Source: Malacoraja senta
Taxonomy: Eukaryota
Assembly (NCBI GenBank): GCA_038087875.1
Contig: CM075992.1
Location: forward strand, 4,838,001 to 4,902,000
Direction: 5' to 3'
DNA length: 64,000 nucleotides
In this document: positions 48,360 to 60,895 of the stretch, in pieces
Numbering within the stretch: the stretch's first letter is position 1
Layout of the letters: every line of letters begins with the position of its first letter
Position numbers and translations under genes: made by a program
Notes under the pieces: model-generated
What the model was told of the DNA's origin: nothing
The model's input: only the letters and a program-made list of their open reading frames with translations
Database searches by the model: none

Positions 48360-48800
48360 CATAAAAACATAGAAAATAGGTGCAGGAGTAGGCCATTCGG
48401 CCCTTAGAGGCAGCACCACCATTCAATATGATCATGGCTGATCATCCAGAATCAGTACCCCATTCCTGCTTTCTTCCAATAGCCCTTGATTCCATTAGCC
48501 CTAAGAGCTAGATCTAACTCTCTCTTGAATACATCCAGTGAATTGGCTTCCACTGCCATCTGTGGCAGAGAATTCCACAGATTCACAACTCTCTGGGTGA
48601 AAATGTTTTTCCTCATCTCAGTGCTAAATGGCCTACCCCTTATTCTTAAACTGTGACCCCTGTTTCTGGATTCCCCCAACATGGGGAACATTTTTCCTGC
48701 ATCTAGCCTGCCCAATCCCTGCAGAATGTTATATGTTTCTATAAGGACCCTCTCATCCTTCTAAATTCCAGTGAATATGAGCCCAGTGGACCCATTCTTG
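48360..48800 (-). mobile_element. CR1 LINE 3' fragment
   Basis: ORF 48452-48715 CR1 C-terminus and 3'UTR. Confidence 0.88.
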
Positions 48801-49464
48801 AGTCACTAACTTCACTCTGTTGTCAATAACAAACATAACCTGAAAATATTAATTGTGCAAACATTGCTTCCATTGTGTCTATGTCCATCTTCAGGGTCTT
48901 AGGTTTTGTCTCTTGCTCAAAAACGGTCCCAGACCAGATCACGAGTTGCCTCTGGCACTGTGTGGGGTGTTTGCAGAAACAAGGAACTACAGATAGACAC
49001 AAAATGCTAGAGTAACTCAGCGGGACAGGCAGCATCTCTGGGGAGAAGGAATGGGTGACGTTTCGGGTCGAGACCTTTCTTCAGATGGCTGGTTTACAGC
49101 ATAGGACACATGGTGCTGGAGTAACTCAGCAGGTCAGGCAATTCACCTGAGAACAGAACGGACAGGTGACGTTTCAGATCGGAACCCTTCTTCAGACTGA
49201 TTGTAGTAGGCGGGGGAAACCTGGTAAAAAAAGAGGTGGGGGGAGGACAGAGACTGGCAAGTGAAAGATGGATGCAGGTAAGATGGGGGAGTGGAGGGAG
49301 GAGGTTGATTGCCATATGGATCGAGCAAGTGACAAAGGCTAGAGGTGAAAAGGAGATGAAAGGAGAGACGAGGAGTGAAGTGCAAAGACAGAGGGAGGGA
49401 TATGAATGGAACGAGAACGGGGAGAGATGGGAAGGGAAGCACGGCAATGGGAGTAGCAAACACA

Positions 49465-50200
49465 ATGCCAGCATTTATATCAAGAGGGCTTGTATACAAA
49501 AACAGAGATGTAATGCTGAGGCTCTATAAGGCGCTGGTCAGGCCACATTTGGAGTATTGTGAGCAATTTTGGGCACCATACCTGAGGAAGGATGAGCTGA
49601 CTTTGGAGAGGGTCCAGAGGAGGTTCACGAGAATGATCCCATTTATGAGTGAGTTAACATATGATGATCATTTGATGGCACTGGGCCTCGACTCACTGGA
49701 GTTAAGAAGGATGACGGGGGACTTCATTGAAACGTACCGAATAGTGAAAGGCTTGGATAGAGTGGATGTGGAGAGCAGGCATAAAATGCTGTTGTAACTC
49801 AGCGGGTGAGGCAGCATCGCTGGAGAGAAGGAATGGGCGACGTTTCGGGTTGAGACCCTTCTTTAGTCTGAAGAAGGGTCTCGACCTGAAACGTCACCCA
49901 TTCCTTCTCTTCAGAGATGCTGCCTCACCTGCTGAGTTACTCCAGCATTTTGTGGATCAGTCTGAAGAAGGGTCTCCACCCAAAACGTCACCCATTCCTT
50001 CTCTCCAGAGATGCTGCCTCACCCACTGAGTCACTCCTGCATTTTGTGACTACCTTCGATTTAAACCAACATCTGCAGTTCTTTCTTACACGTGGATGTG
50101 GAGAGGATGTTTCCACTGGTGGGAGAGTCTAGGACTAGAGGTCATGGCCTCAGAATTAGATGTTCCTTTAGGAAGGAGATGAGGAGGAATTTCTTTAGTC
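49465..50200 (+). mobile_element. CR1 LINE fragment split by a triple PLE pLTR insertion (49776-50091)
   Basis: [24 protein letters not shown]...; TSD GTGGATGTGGAGAG at 49762-49775 and 50092-50105. Confidence 0.88.
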
Positions 50201-50644
50201 CCTATGGGAGAAATTGGTGGCTACCTCGGTACTGGGGGATAGACATAAAAAGCTGGAGTAACTCAGCGGGACAGGCAGCATCTCTGGAGAGAAGGAATGG
50301 GTGACGTTACGCGTCGAGACCCTTCTTCTGACTCGGTACTGGGGGAGGTGGGGAGCACAATAAACAAATAGGGGGTAAGAGGGTGTCTCATTTCTGTGTC
50401 GTGTTGGCTGCTGACATGTCCACAACTACAGGGAGTCATGATTCATATCAACTGGAGGGGCTGTCTCACAACAATCAGGCAACACCGCAGTTACTGAATA
50501 AAACACAGTGCTGATCAGGCAACTTGGAGATCATTGCTGCATGTGAGGGGGTGTTTACCACATACATTAGCATCCACAAATCACCACCTCCCCTTCCAGA
50601 TATAAATCGCCTCATTGATCCCAAATAATATGTGTGAGATCAAT

Positions 50645-50970
50645 GGGCGCGGCACAGTGGCACAGCTGGTAGGGCATTGTGCCTCACAGACACAGGTTCA
50701 ATCCTGACCTCAGGTGATATCTGTGTGGAGTTTGCACATTCTTCCTGTGACCCCAGATTTTCCTCCGGGTGCTCCTGTTTCCTCCCACATCCCAAAGAAG
50801 TGCGGGTTTGCAGGTTAATTGGTTTCTGTAAGTCGCCCCTAGTGTGTAGGGAGTGGATGTGAAAGTGGGATAGCATAGAACTAGTGTGAATGGGTGAATG
50901 ATGGTGGGCGTGGACTGTGGGGGGGGGGGGCTGAAGGGCCTCTTTCTCTGCTGAATCTTGCAATCAATTA
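50645..50970 (+). mobile_element. V-SINE (HE1-like)
   Basis: tRNA head, V-domain TTTCCTCCGGGTGCTCCTGTTTCCTCCCACATCCCAAAG, tail. Confidence 0.82.
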
Positions 50971-51269
50971 AATCAAAATCAGAGGATGCTCATTGATAGC
51001 TCGGCAGTCATATCCAACTTGTTAACAAAATGATTACAAAATGTCTTTTGAAATTATAATGTAGAAAAAACGTTAGCAAGTCAACACTGTGCACAGGCCC
51101 ACCAACAGCGGTGTTGTGGTGAGCAGATAACATTTCAGTGATAACGAACAAAGGTTGATGATGCGCAGGATACTGGGAAAATCCGTGTGAAAACCAGGGG
51201 AATTTTTCGCATTCACTAACACAGCAACCAGGACTTTGGTTTAGACTATTGCTTAAAAGATCACATTTA

Positions 51270-51595
51270 GGGCAGTCAGGGTGCCGCAGCGGTAGAGTTG
51301 CTGCCTTACAGCGAATGCAGCACCGGAGACCCGGGTTCGATCCCGACTACGGGTGCTGTCTGTACGGAGTTTGTACGTTCTCCCCGTGACCTGCGTGGGT
51401 TTTCTCCGAGATCTTCGGTTTCCTCCCACACTCCAAAGACGTACAGGTTTGTAGGTTAATTGGCTTGGTAACTGTAAAAATTGCCCCTAGTGTGTGTAGG
51501 ATAGTGTTAATGTCCGAGGCTTGCTGGTAGGCGCAGACCCGGTGGGCCGAAGGGCCTGTTTCAGTGCTGTATCTCTAAACTAAACTAAACTAAAC
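51270..51595 (+). mobile_element. V-SINE (HE1-like), young
   Basis: B box GGTTCGATCCC, V-domain, (CTAAA)n tail, CpGs retained. Confidence 0.9.
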
Positions 51596-51800
51596 AATGA
51601 AACTGAAGTGGGAGCTGGCATTGTGTGCTCAGACCATAGGAATGGGACTTGAACTCACGATCATTGACTCAGCAAACTGAGCAGTACGGTTGTCTCACGG
51701 GTACCTGATACAGTCCAGATATACTTTTGGTAGACACAAAGTGCTCAAGTAACTCAGCAGGTCAGGCAAAGGATAGGTGATGATTCGGGTTGCGATATTT

Positions 51801-52094
51801 GGTTTAGTTTAGAGATACAACTCGGAAACAGGCCCTTCGGCCCACTGAGTCCGTGCCGACCAGCCATCCCCGCACACTAACACTATCCTACACATTAGGG
51901 CCAATTTACCTTTTTTTTAAACCAAAGCCAATTAACCAACACACCTGCACATCTTTGGAGTGTGGGAGGAAACCAGAGCACCCGGAGAAGACCCACGCAG
52001 TTCACGGGGAGAACGTACAAACTCTGTACAGACAGCACCCATAGTCAGGATCAAACCCGGGCAGCAACTCTACTGCCGCGGCACCGTGCTGCCC
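51801..52094 (-). mobile_element. V-SINE (HE1-like)
   Basis: Reverse complement of consensus. Confidence 0.85.
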
Positions 52095-52454
52095 CTTTCT
52101 TCAGACTCCTTTGTTAATTTTTTACAATTTTTGTTAACTTTTGACATACTTTTGTTAAACTTTACACCCTTGAATGGGAAGGCGAAATGGGAACTCAAAA
52201 TATGGAATGGGAAGCCAATTTTGAGATGAACATTAATATACTTGTCATATTGTAGGGAGATACGGCACAGAAACAGGCCTTTCGGTCCATTGAGTCCATA
52301 CTGACCATCAACCGCACAAATATACTATCCTATATTAGCCCCTTTTTTGAAAAAAGGGGGGATTAAAGATAAATGAGAGGACTCGGAGATGGGATGGGAC
52401 TGGGGGAGGGGTGAATGAGTGTCCAGAAGAGGGGGACGGGGCAACATATCCTTC

Positions 52455-53020
52455 AGTCCTATATATTGGCGAGACCAAGCGCAGGCTCGGCAATCGTTTC
52501 GCTGAACACCTCCACTCAGACCGCCTACACCTACCTGATCACTCGGTTACTAAACACTTTAACTCCCCCTCCCATTCCCACACTGACCTTTCTGTCCTGG
52601 GCCTCCTCCATTGACAGAGTGAGGCCCAGTGCAAATTGGAGGAACAGCACCTCATATTTCGCTTAGGCAGCTTATACACCAGCGGTATGAACATTGACTT
52701 CTCTTACTCCGTAAACCTTGCATTCCATCTCTCACCATCCCTCCCCCTTCCCAGTTCTCTGACCAGTTTGACTGTCTCCGATTACATTTTATCTCTGTTT
52801 GCTATGGTATTCTCCCAGCTAACAATGATCTATTCTACATTTTCCTTGATCTCCATTCCCTTTGTCCTATTTTCACACCTTACACTTCCTTATCTATGTA
52901 TCTTCCTCTCCCCTGACATCAGTCCGAAGAAGGGTCTCGACCCAAAACGTCATCCATTCCTACTCTCCAGAGATGCTGCCTGTCCCGCTGAGTAACTCCA
53001 GCATTTTGGGTCTATCTTCA
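52455..53020 (+). mobile_element. Penelope-like element 3' end: GIY-YIG endonuclease fragment, UTR and pLTR
   Basis: LYIGETKRRLGNRFAEH...HFNSPSH...LEEQHLIFRLGSL...GMNIDFS, followed directly by the pLTR repeat; this links the ubiquitous repeat to PLEs. Confidence 0.9.
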
Positions 53021-53294
53021 GTCTTTTAAGTCTTGCTGCCAGATAAGGGCAGATTTACCAAAATCTCACAGTCCACCAGAGATTTTTCCAACGTCTACTT
53101 GCATTATTTCGGCAACCTTTATGCAATTTTCCTTTTGTGAGATTCCCATTTTTTCCCCATTACTTCTTGGCAACCTCACCAGAGCACTAAAGACTGAGGA
53201 TTTCTGCTTCTGCTTCGGTTGCTTGGTCAACCAAACCACAGTTCCTGTTCATTTGCAGGGTTGACACAACCGATTGCTTTTCTTTGTTGAGACT

Positions 53295-53308
53295 GTTGCC
53301 TTGGCAAC
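53295..53308. promoter_or_regulatory. RFX X-box-like palindrome
   Basis: GTTGCCTTGGCAAC in non-repeat sequence with nearby half-sites; motif match only. Confidence 0.4.
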
Positions 53309-53947
53309 CGATCTCTGTTATCAAATGAAAATAAAAAAAGCTGTCCTATCTCGTGGCTGTAAGGTCAATCAGTAACTGCATCTGGCAATGGAAGGGAGCC
53401 CAGGGTGTTGCCAAGACTTGTTAGCATGCGAATCATACTTCAACTATCAGAAAACACTGAACACACATATCAGAGCCACATACAGGGATTTAGTGTTGTT
53501 AACACCATACTGTAACAGTATTGGAAAGAACTACAGATGCTGGTTTACAACAGTTAGACATAGAATGCTGGAGTAACTCAGCAGGACAGGCAGCATCTCT
53601 GGAGAGAAGGAATGGGTAATGTTTCAGGTCGAGACCCTTCTTCAGACCTCTTTGTTTTGCCATGGTTTCCAAAACGTATACCAACCTCGGTCTTAAATAA
53701 ACTTAGCAACTTCACATCCACTGAAGAAGGGTCTCGACCCCAAACCTCACCCATTCCTTCTCTCCAGAGATGCTGCCTGACCCGCTGAGTTAATCCAGCA
53801 TTTTGTGTCTAACCACACCTTAGCAAGTGGGCTTGACGGTTCCAAAATGGCTTCATGTTTGCAGCTCTTATCATGATCCCAAGTTGCCTCGAAATACTCG
53901 ACAGTCAATGATATACAAGTTCTACTTTGATTTATAAAGAATCCAAA

Positions 53948-54258
53948 TTTAGTTTAGTTCATTTCAGAGATGCAACATGGAAACAGGCCCTTCGGCCCAC
54001 TGAGCCCACGCCGAGGAGCGATTCCCGTACACTAATACTTTCCTACACACATCAGGGACAATTCACAATTTTACCAAGCCAATTAGCTGGTACGTCTTTG
54101 GAGTAGTGTTGGTAGGAAACTGGAGCACCCGAGGATAATCCACGCAGGTCATGGGGAGAACGTACAAACTCCGCGCAGACAGCTCCCGTAGTTAGGATCG
54201 AAGCCGGGTCTCTGCCGCTGTAAGGCAGCAACTCTACTGATCTTCCACCACGCCGCCC
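53948..54258 (-). mobile_element. V-SINE (HE1-like)
   Basis: Reverse complement of consensus. Confidence 0.82.
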
Positions 54259-55304
54259 AATTCTGGGACAATTCTGGGAGCGCAGGAAGTTGAGGGATAC
54301 ACCTTGCAGAGGGGAATTGATAGGGTGAATGTGCCCAGAGTAGGGGTATCAAGATCCAGAGGACAAAGGTTTAAGGTGAGGGGGAAAGATTTAATAGGAA
54401 CCTGAGGAGCAACTTTTTAATGCAAAGATCCAAGATTCAAGATTCAAGAGAGTTTATTGTCATGTGTCCCAGATAGGACAATGAAATTCTTGCTTTGCTT
54501 CAGCACAACAGAATATAGAAGGCATGAATATTGGCAGGTGTATGAAAGGAGCTACCAGAAGAGGTAGTTGAAGCAGGTACTATTACAACATCTAAAAGAC
54601 ATTTGAACAGGTACATGGAATGGATGGGTTTAGAGGGATATGGGTCAAATGCAGGGAGGTAGGATTAGTGGAGATGGGCATGTTGGTCAGCGTGGGCAAG
54701 TTGGGCCAAAGGGCCTGTTTCCACACTTAATGATTCCATAGCTATATGGTGACTATAACTGCTGTGAGACTGAAACAGAGGTCCCATTATCATTCCCACA
54801 CTGCAGTACATGAGAGCTTGTTTTGGGCATATTAGTTGTTGCATCTTACATTCCAACTGTAATTCACTGGCCTTGCCTTGTAGTTTCATCAAAGGCTTTG
54901 GCAGAAGACCTCAGTGCTTGATTGATTTTCCAAGTCAGTCCTTTCAGCAGTAAGTGGTGCGAAGATGGGAATAAATTTGAAGCGACAAGCCGGCTATGGA
55001 GCAGCAGAGATTGGAACAGAGCCCTGGGGAAGTGGAAAGTATTAGAGACAGAGGGAGGTACTGACTCTGGGGAGAGGGCAGAGCAGCGAGCGAGAGTTTT
55101 CTGGCTTAATAAAGAAATTCCTACTCTCGGATTAGTAAGCTTTGGAAATCTTGACCCAAGATGGTTGTGGATGTGAAGTTGCTAAATGTATTAAAGACCA
55201 AGATTGGTATATTTTTGGAAACCAGAACAAAAGGAAGAGATTGCCCCATCACACAGGAAGGAAGTGGAGGCTTTGGAGAGGGTGCAGAAGAGGTTTGCCA
55301 GAAT

Positions 55305-55693
55305 GTTTAGGAAGGAACTGAAGTTGCCGGTTTACACCGACGATAGACACAAAATGCTGGAGTAACTCAGCGTGACAGGCAGCATCTCGGGATAGAAGGA
55401 ATGGGTGATGTTTTGGGTCGAGAGTCAGGGGAGAGGGAAACACAGAGATAAGGAGTGAAAACGAGACATCAAAGGGGATGAGGCATCAAGGAAAATGTAT
55501 AATAGATCATTGTTGGCTGAGAGAAGGTGACACGAAGCATACAGACAAAATTTAATCAGGGGGGACAGTCAGACTGGTGGGAGAACTAGGAAGGGGAGGC
55601 ATGGAGAGAGAGAGGGAAAGCAAAGGTGACTTGTAGTTAGAGAGGTCAATATTCATACCGCTGGGGTGTAAGCTGCCCAAGAAATATGAGGTG
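55305..55693 (-). mobile_element. Penelope-like element 3' end
   Basis: Reverse complement of HLIFLGQL...PSGMNID coding end, UTR and pLTR. Confidence 0.8.
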
Positions 55694-56399
55694 CAGGCCC
55701 AGCACTGTCAAACACTCATCATATGTTAACCCAATCATTCCTGGGATCATTCTCGTAAATCCCCTCTGGACCCTCTCTGGCACCAGCACCTCCTTCCTCA
55801 GATATGGGGCCCAAAATTGCTCACAATACTCCAAATATTGAATGGTGGAAGAGGTTTAAGAGGCCCAATAGTGTAGCCTTGCTCATGTTTTCTAGTGTTC
55901 CAGCCTATCAGCCCTTACCATCTCCACCCAGCCTGAAGGAAGGTCCCTTTACTGTACCAGAGAATGAGTAATCACTTTCAAGAGCTGAAACAGAGTGGGA
56001 GGGGAGCTTAAACATTTTGTACCACTGGTTTGTTTATGCCTCAACATCGCGGTTAACTTCCAATTAGTAGAAGGTAAAAGGTTTCAGTTTACCCATGTAC
56101 TATCTTACCCATGAAGTTACCAAGTTTCAGTATGGCTAATGTCCAGGAGACAGGGCTAGACTTTTAATGTGTAAGAGAGAATTGCAGACGCTGGTTTAAA
56201 TCGAAGATAGACACAAATTGCTGGAGTAACTCAGCGGGACAGGCAGCAGCTCTGGAGAGAAGGAATGGGTGACGTTCCGGGTCGAGACCCTTACTTCAGT
56301 TGAGTTTAATTTGTTAGCTTAGCTTAAAGATACAGCATGGAAACAGATCCGTTGGCCCGCTGAATTCACACCTACTATTGATCGCCCGTTCACACTTTA

Positions 56400-59300
56400 T
56401 ATATACTTCCGCGTCCATTTCTTACACAGAGTGGAAAATAGCATAATGCAACCCTGAACCAGGAATTGCTCCGCAGTCCTCTAACTGAAACCACCTGTCT
56501 CAGTCACCAGTGTGCACAACACACTCTCTTCGACCAGCCACTCAATCCGGAATTCTGGTATTGAGAGCCTACAGATTATTATATATATTTTCTATTCACA
56601 ACATGAACCTGCAGGTCAGATAAAAAATGCTACATGCCAGACCGGCTTTCTGCTGGTAGCTACCTAACCCAGAGAGGATGGCAATGATCTCTGGGATAGG
56701 TAGCTGGAAAATTGGATTAGTAAGTATGCAGATGATACTAAGATAGGTGGTGTTGTGGATAATGAAGTAGATTTTCAAAGTCTACAGAGAGATTTAGGCC
56801 ATTTGGAAGAGTGGGCTGAAAGATGGCAGATGGAGTTTAATGCTGATAAATGTGAGGTGCTACATCTTGGCAGGACAAATCAAAATAGGACGTACATGGT
56901 AAATGGTAGCGAATTGAGGAATGCAGTTAACAGAGGGATCTAGGAATAACTGCATAGCTCCCTGAAGGTGGAATCTCATGTAGATAGGGTGGTAAAGAAA
57001 GCTTTTGGTGTGCTGGCCTTTATAAATCAGAGCATTGAGTATAGAAGTTGGGATGTAATGTTAAAATTGTACAAGACATTGGTGAGGCCAATTCTGGAGT
57101 ATGAAGTACAATTTTGGTCGCCTAATTATAGGAAGGATGTCAACAAAATAGAGAGAGTACAGAGGAGATTTACGAGAATGTTGCCTGGGTTTCAGCAACT
57201 AAATTACAGAGAAAGGCTGAACAAGTTAGGTCTTTATTCTTTGGAGCGCAGAAGGTTAAGGGGGGACTTGATAGAGCTCTTTAAAATGATGAGAGGGATA
57301 GACAGAGTTGATGTGGATAAGCTTTTCCCATTGAGAGTAGGGAAGATTGAAACAAGAGGACATGACTTGAGAATTAAGGGACAGAAGTTTAGGGGTAACA
57401 TTAGGGGGAACTTCTTTACTCAGAGAGTGGTAGCTGTGTGGAATGAGCTTACAGTGGAAGTGGTGGAGGCAGGTTCGATGTTATCCTTTAAAAATAGATT
57501 GGATGGGTATATGGACGGGAAAGGAATGGAGGGTTATGGTCTGAGTGCAGGTAGATGGGACTAGGGGAGAAAAAGTGTTCGGCATGGACTTAAAAGGCCG
57601 AGATGGCCTGTTTCCATGCTGTAATTGTTATATGGTTATATGGTTATAATGATGTTTCCAACGAACTGGCAACTCTACTAGCTGAGCTGAAAGAATTAAA
57701 CATGTGTTGAGGGAAACCTCAAACTACCTCACTCTACTGAGCAGCCTGATAACCTCAATCACAGATGTTGAGGCAGTGCTTTCCCTGGTCAATATGATCC
57801 ATATGGCCAGCCAGTTCCAAGTTGATCTACCCTGAACCTGGGTAGCCAAGCTGTTCCTACTTGGAGCTTACAGAGGTTGCTATGCAAGGCACCCTGCCAA
57901 TGTCTCTGCATCAACCTGCTCTTCTCCAGAGACAGTGAAAGGTACTAGACAGACCATGCTGCCAGTAAACCCAAACCCGGGGCGACAGACTGCTCCATTT
58001 CGGAGTTTTACGGAAGTTAGTAAAGAGACCTTACCTGCCAGCGTTTCTGAGCCCAGGTCGACCTGCTTGTTGGAGCTTCAGCGAAGTTCCATTGCAGACC
58101 ATTTCTGACCACATCTTCAGCCCAACACTTGCCAAACAGCTCGTTTCCGGAGCTCAAAAGCAATATTGCTGTGCAAGGCACGCCTGCCAGCATTTCTGAG
58201 CCCAATGAGACTGCTTCTTCGGCCTACAACCTCTTTGGAGCCTTACTGGAGCTTTACTGTGCAGATCACGCTACCAGTTATTCCCAGCCTGGTTTGACAC
58301 GCCGCTCCTTCGGCCCCTTCTGCTCCTTTGGAGCCTTAGCGGAGCTCACTGAACAGGCCGCGCCTGCCATTACTCCGAGCCTGCCTCAACAGGCTGCTCC
58401 TGTGGCCTTTTGCCTTTTTTGGAGCCTTTGCTGAATCTGACTGTGCAGATCGCACTGCCAGCTTCTCCCAGCCTGGAACGACAGGCTGCTCCTTTGACCA
58501 GCTGCTCCTTCGGAGCCTCAGCGGGGCTCACTGGACAGGTCACGCCTGCCATACTGCAAGCCTGGTTCAACAGGCTGCTCTTGCGGGGCCAGCTAGTGAC
58601 TCCCGACTGCTCCTTTCCGGAGCTTCAACGGCGCTTCCTGCCCCTTGTATACAGGGGTGAAAACCCGCCGGAATACTGGAGCTTTACCCACATAGGATGG
58701 TAATCCACCCCCTCAGCTGCCTAAAATTCCCCCCCGCAAGTCTTCAACTTGCTACACAAGTCCTCTCTGAAGAGATACTATGCAGGCTACACGTTACTGG
58801 ACCTGTAAAAATGAGCCATTTTGGGAATTATCTCATGCCTTATAGCATTTTTGCTAAGGCAATAGCCCCAACTGTGTATTACAGAGAAGTGTTAATGCAG
58901 CTTTCTGCATTTCCGAGAGTTGAGACTCATCTACTGACTTTGCAAAAGGCAGTAATGACTCCAGTGAGCAGTTTATGGACTCGCTGAAATAATTCTTTGC
59001 CTACATATCATCACTGAGATATCCCCACTGATGAAATTGACTTATGGAACATCCAAAAGTCTGGCAGTTATCGGGACTGGCATATTTCCCAGCCGTATCC
59101 AGCATATTCCCCTCCTTAGCTAATGAGAAGTTAAATCCTTGATGCTCTTAGCCAGATCTTCCTCCAGTGAATCTCCTATCCCCAAAGGGATGGCAAATAT
59201 ATGAGAAGAGCCAGTAGCTCCTTCATATGATTAAAATGAAGCATATCCCCCATTAGTTCAAGGGATTTGAATTCCTTATCGATATCCACATAGTTGGAGT

Positions 59301-60168
59301 CGCCTATGTAATGATCTCCAACACTCCCCTCTTCTAAACGGGAAATATTATAACGCAATCCTGAGCCAGGTGTTGCTATCCTTCTTCTGAGCGAGAGATA
59401 TTATAACGCAACCCTGAACCAGGTGTTGCTTCCACAGGAATCTGACTGGCCAGCCTGTAAGTGTCTCCTGAGCCAGGAGCACATTTCCTTTTCCATTTTA
59501 CTTACTTATTTATTTATTCATCCATTTATTTTTATTTATTTATTTGTCTGCCCGTTTACTTATTTATTTATTTATTTATTACTCACTGGACAGGTTGCGC
59601 CTGCTAGTGACTCCGAGTCCGGCCTTGCTCCCTACTGGAGCCTCAACGGAGTTTCTTAGGGGAGGAATATAACGCAACCCTGAACCAGGTGTTGCTTCCT
59701 CAGCCATTGGCTGACTCCCTTTCGGAGCTCCAAAGGAGGTGTCTGAACAGGCCTCGCCCGTCAGATGCTCCGAACAGCTGCCTGCTCCCGTGGAGCCCCA
59801 AAAACCAGAGGTGACTGTACGACCGCACTCGTCAGATTTTTTCTCTCCAACAGCCGCCTGCTCCCTCTCGGAGCCTCAATAGCGGTAGTTGCACGGGGCA
59901 TGCCCGTCAACTTTTCGTGTTCGACCATCCTCCATGGCGGTAGCTGTGTGGCCGCTTCTCAAGTAGCTGCACTGGCTGCGGCCGTCAGCTTCTCCAAGCC
60001 CGCTGCACCTAATTAACGGAGCAGCGGGCCGTTCCTGGAACAAGAAATTCCTTACCCGCCGGAGCAATTTCGAACTGCTCCGAATCCCGCGCCATGCGTC
60101 GACGTATTGACGCGCATGCGGGCTGGCGGGCTCTTCACGTAGTCGCTCACGTGACTTCGATATAAAAT
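56400..60168 (-). mobile_element. DIRS-related remnant or non-autonomous element (5' terminus only), interrupted by CR1
   Basis: 60111-60168 closely matches the DIRS 5' terminus 24809-24865; interior has recurrent hairpin motifs on both sides of the CR1; left boundary uncertain. Confidence 0.6.
56707..57647 (+). mobile_element. CR1 LINE, 5' truncated, young (RT YADD to 3' tail)
   Basis: ISKYADDTK (YADD 56725-56736), LQRDLGHLEEWAERWQMEFNADKC, ORF 56968-57564, (TTATATGG)n tail; same subfamily 3' end at ~14715-14908. Confidence 0.95.
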
Positions 60169-60712
60169 CAAGAATCTATCTATCTCTGCCGTAAAAATAT
60201 CCACTGAGTTGGCCTCCACAACCTTCTGTGGCAAAGAATTCCACAGATTCACCACCCTGTGACTAAAGAAATTTCTCCTCATCTCCTTCCTAAAAGAACA
60301 TCCTTTAATTCTATGACCTCTGTTCCCAGACTCTCCCATGTGGAAACATCCTCTTCACATCCACTACCCAAGCCTTTCGCTATTCTGTATGAGGTCCCCC
60401 CTCATTCTTCTAAACTCCAAACCACATACAGACAGCACCCAAGGTCAGGATTTAACCAGGGTCATTGGGAGACAGCAGCTCTACCAGCTGTGCCACCAAC
60501 TTAATATTGCCTCTCCTAGAAACTAAAGTGGAAAGCAGAACTGCAGGACATCCCAAAAGCATTTGGGTCTGAGTTGAGTTGAGTTTATTGTCACGTGTAC
60601 CGAGGTACAGCGCGTTCCAGATGCTCACCAGTCACGATGAGCAGAAACCCCCTTGCGCCAAGCATCTCCTTCACTGCTGTGGGAGAGGAGGGAATGTGGT
60701 AGAGCAGAGTGA

Positions 60713-60895
60713 AGGTCCTGTCCCACTTGGCCGTCATTTGCGCGTAATTTACGTGTCATCATTTACGCGCCATGATGCACGACGCGCGCGTCATGACATG
60801 CACATGATGCACGCATGGTGCGCTTTATGCGCGCATGGTGCGCGATGACATAGGCAGTGTCGCACGGCTGCGTGACGCGCAAATGACGGCCAAGT
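60713..60895. mobile_element. PIF/Harbinger-type MITE, right TIR truncated
   Basis: AGGTCCTGTCCCACTTGGCCGTCATTTGCGCGT ... ACGCGCAAATGACGGCCAAGT. Confidence 0.7.

Noticed and set aside
56968..57564. 198-aa ORF as a host gene
   Set aside because: CR1 ORF2 C-terminus of a 5'-truncated insertion.
59028..59060. CTGATGA hammerhead core
   Set aside because: No stem II or downstream GAAA in register.
59340..59700. Repeat-spacer array of the 28-bp hairpin as CRISPR
   Set aside because: Spacing is highly irregular and there are no cas genes; treated as part of the DIRS-related remnant.
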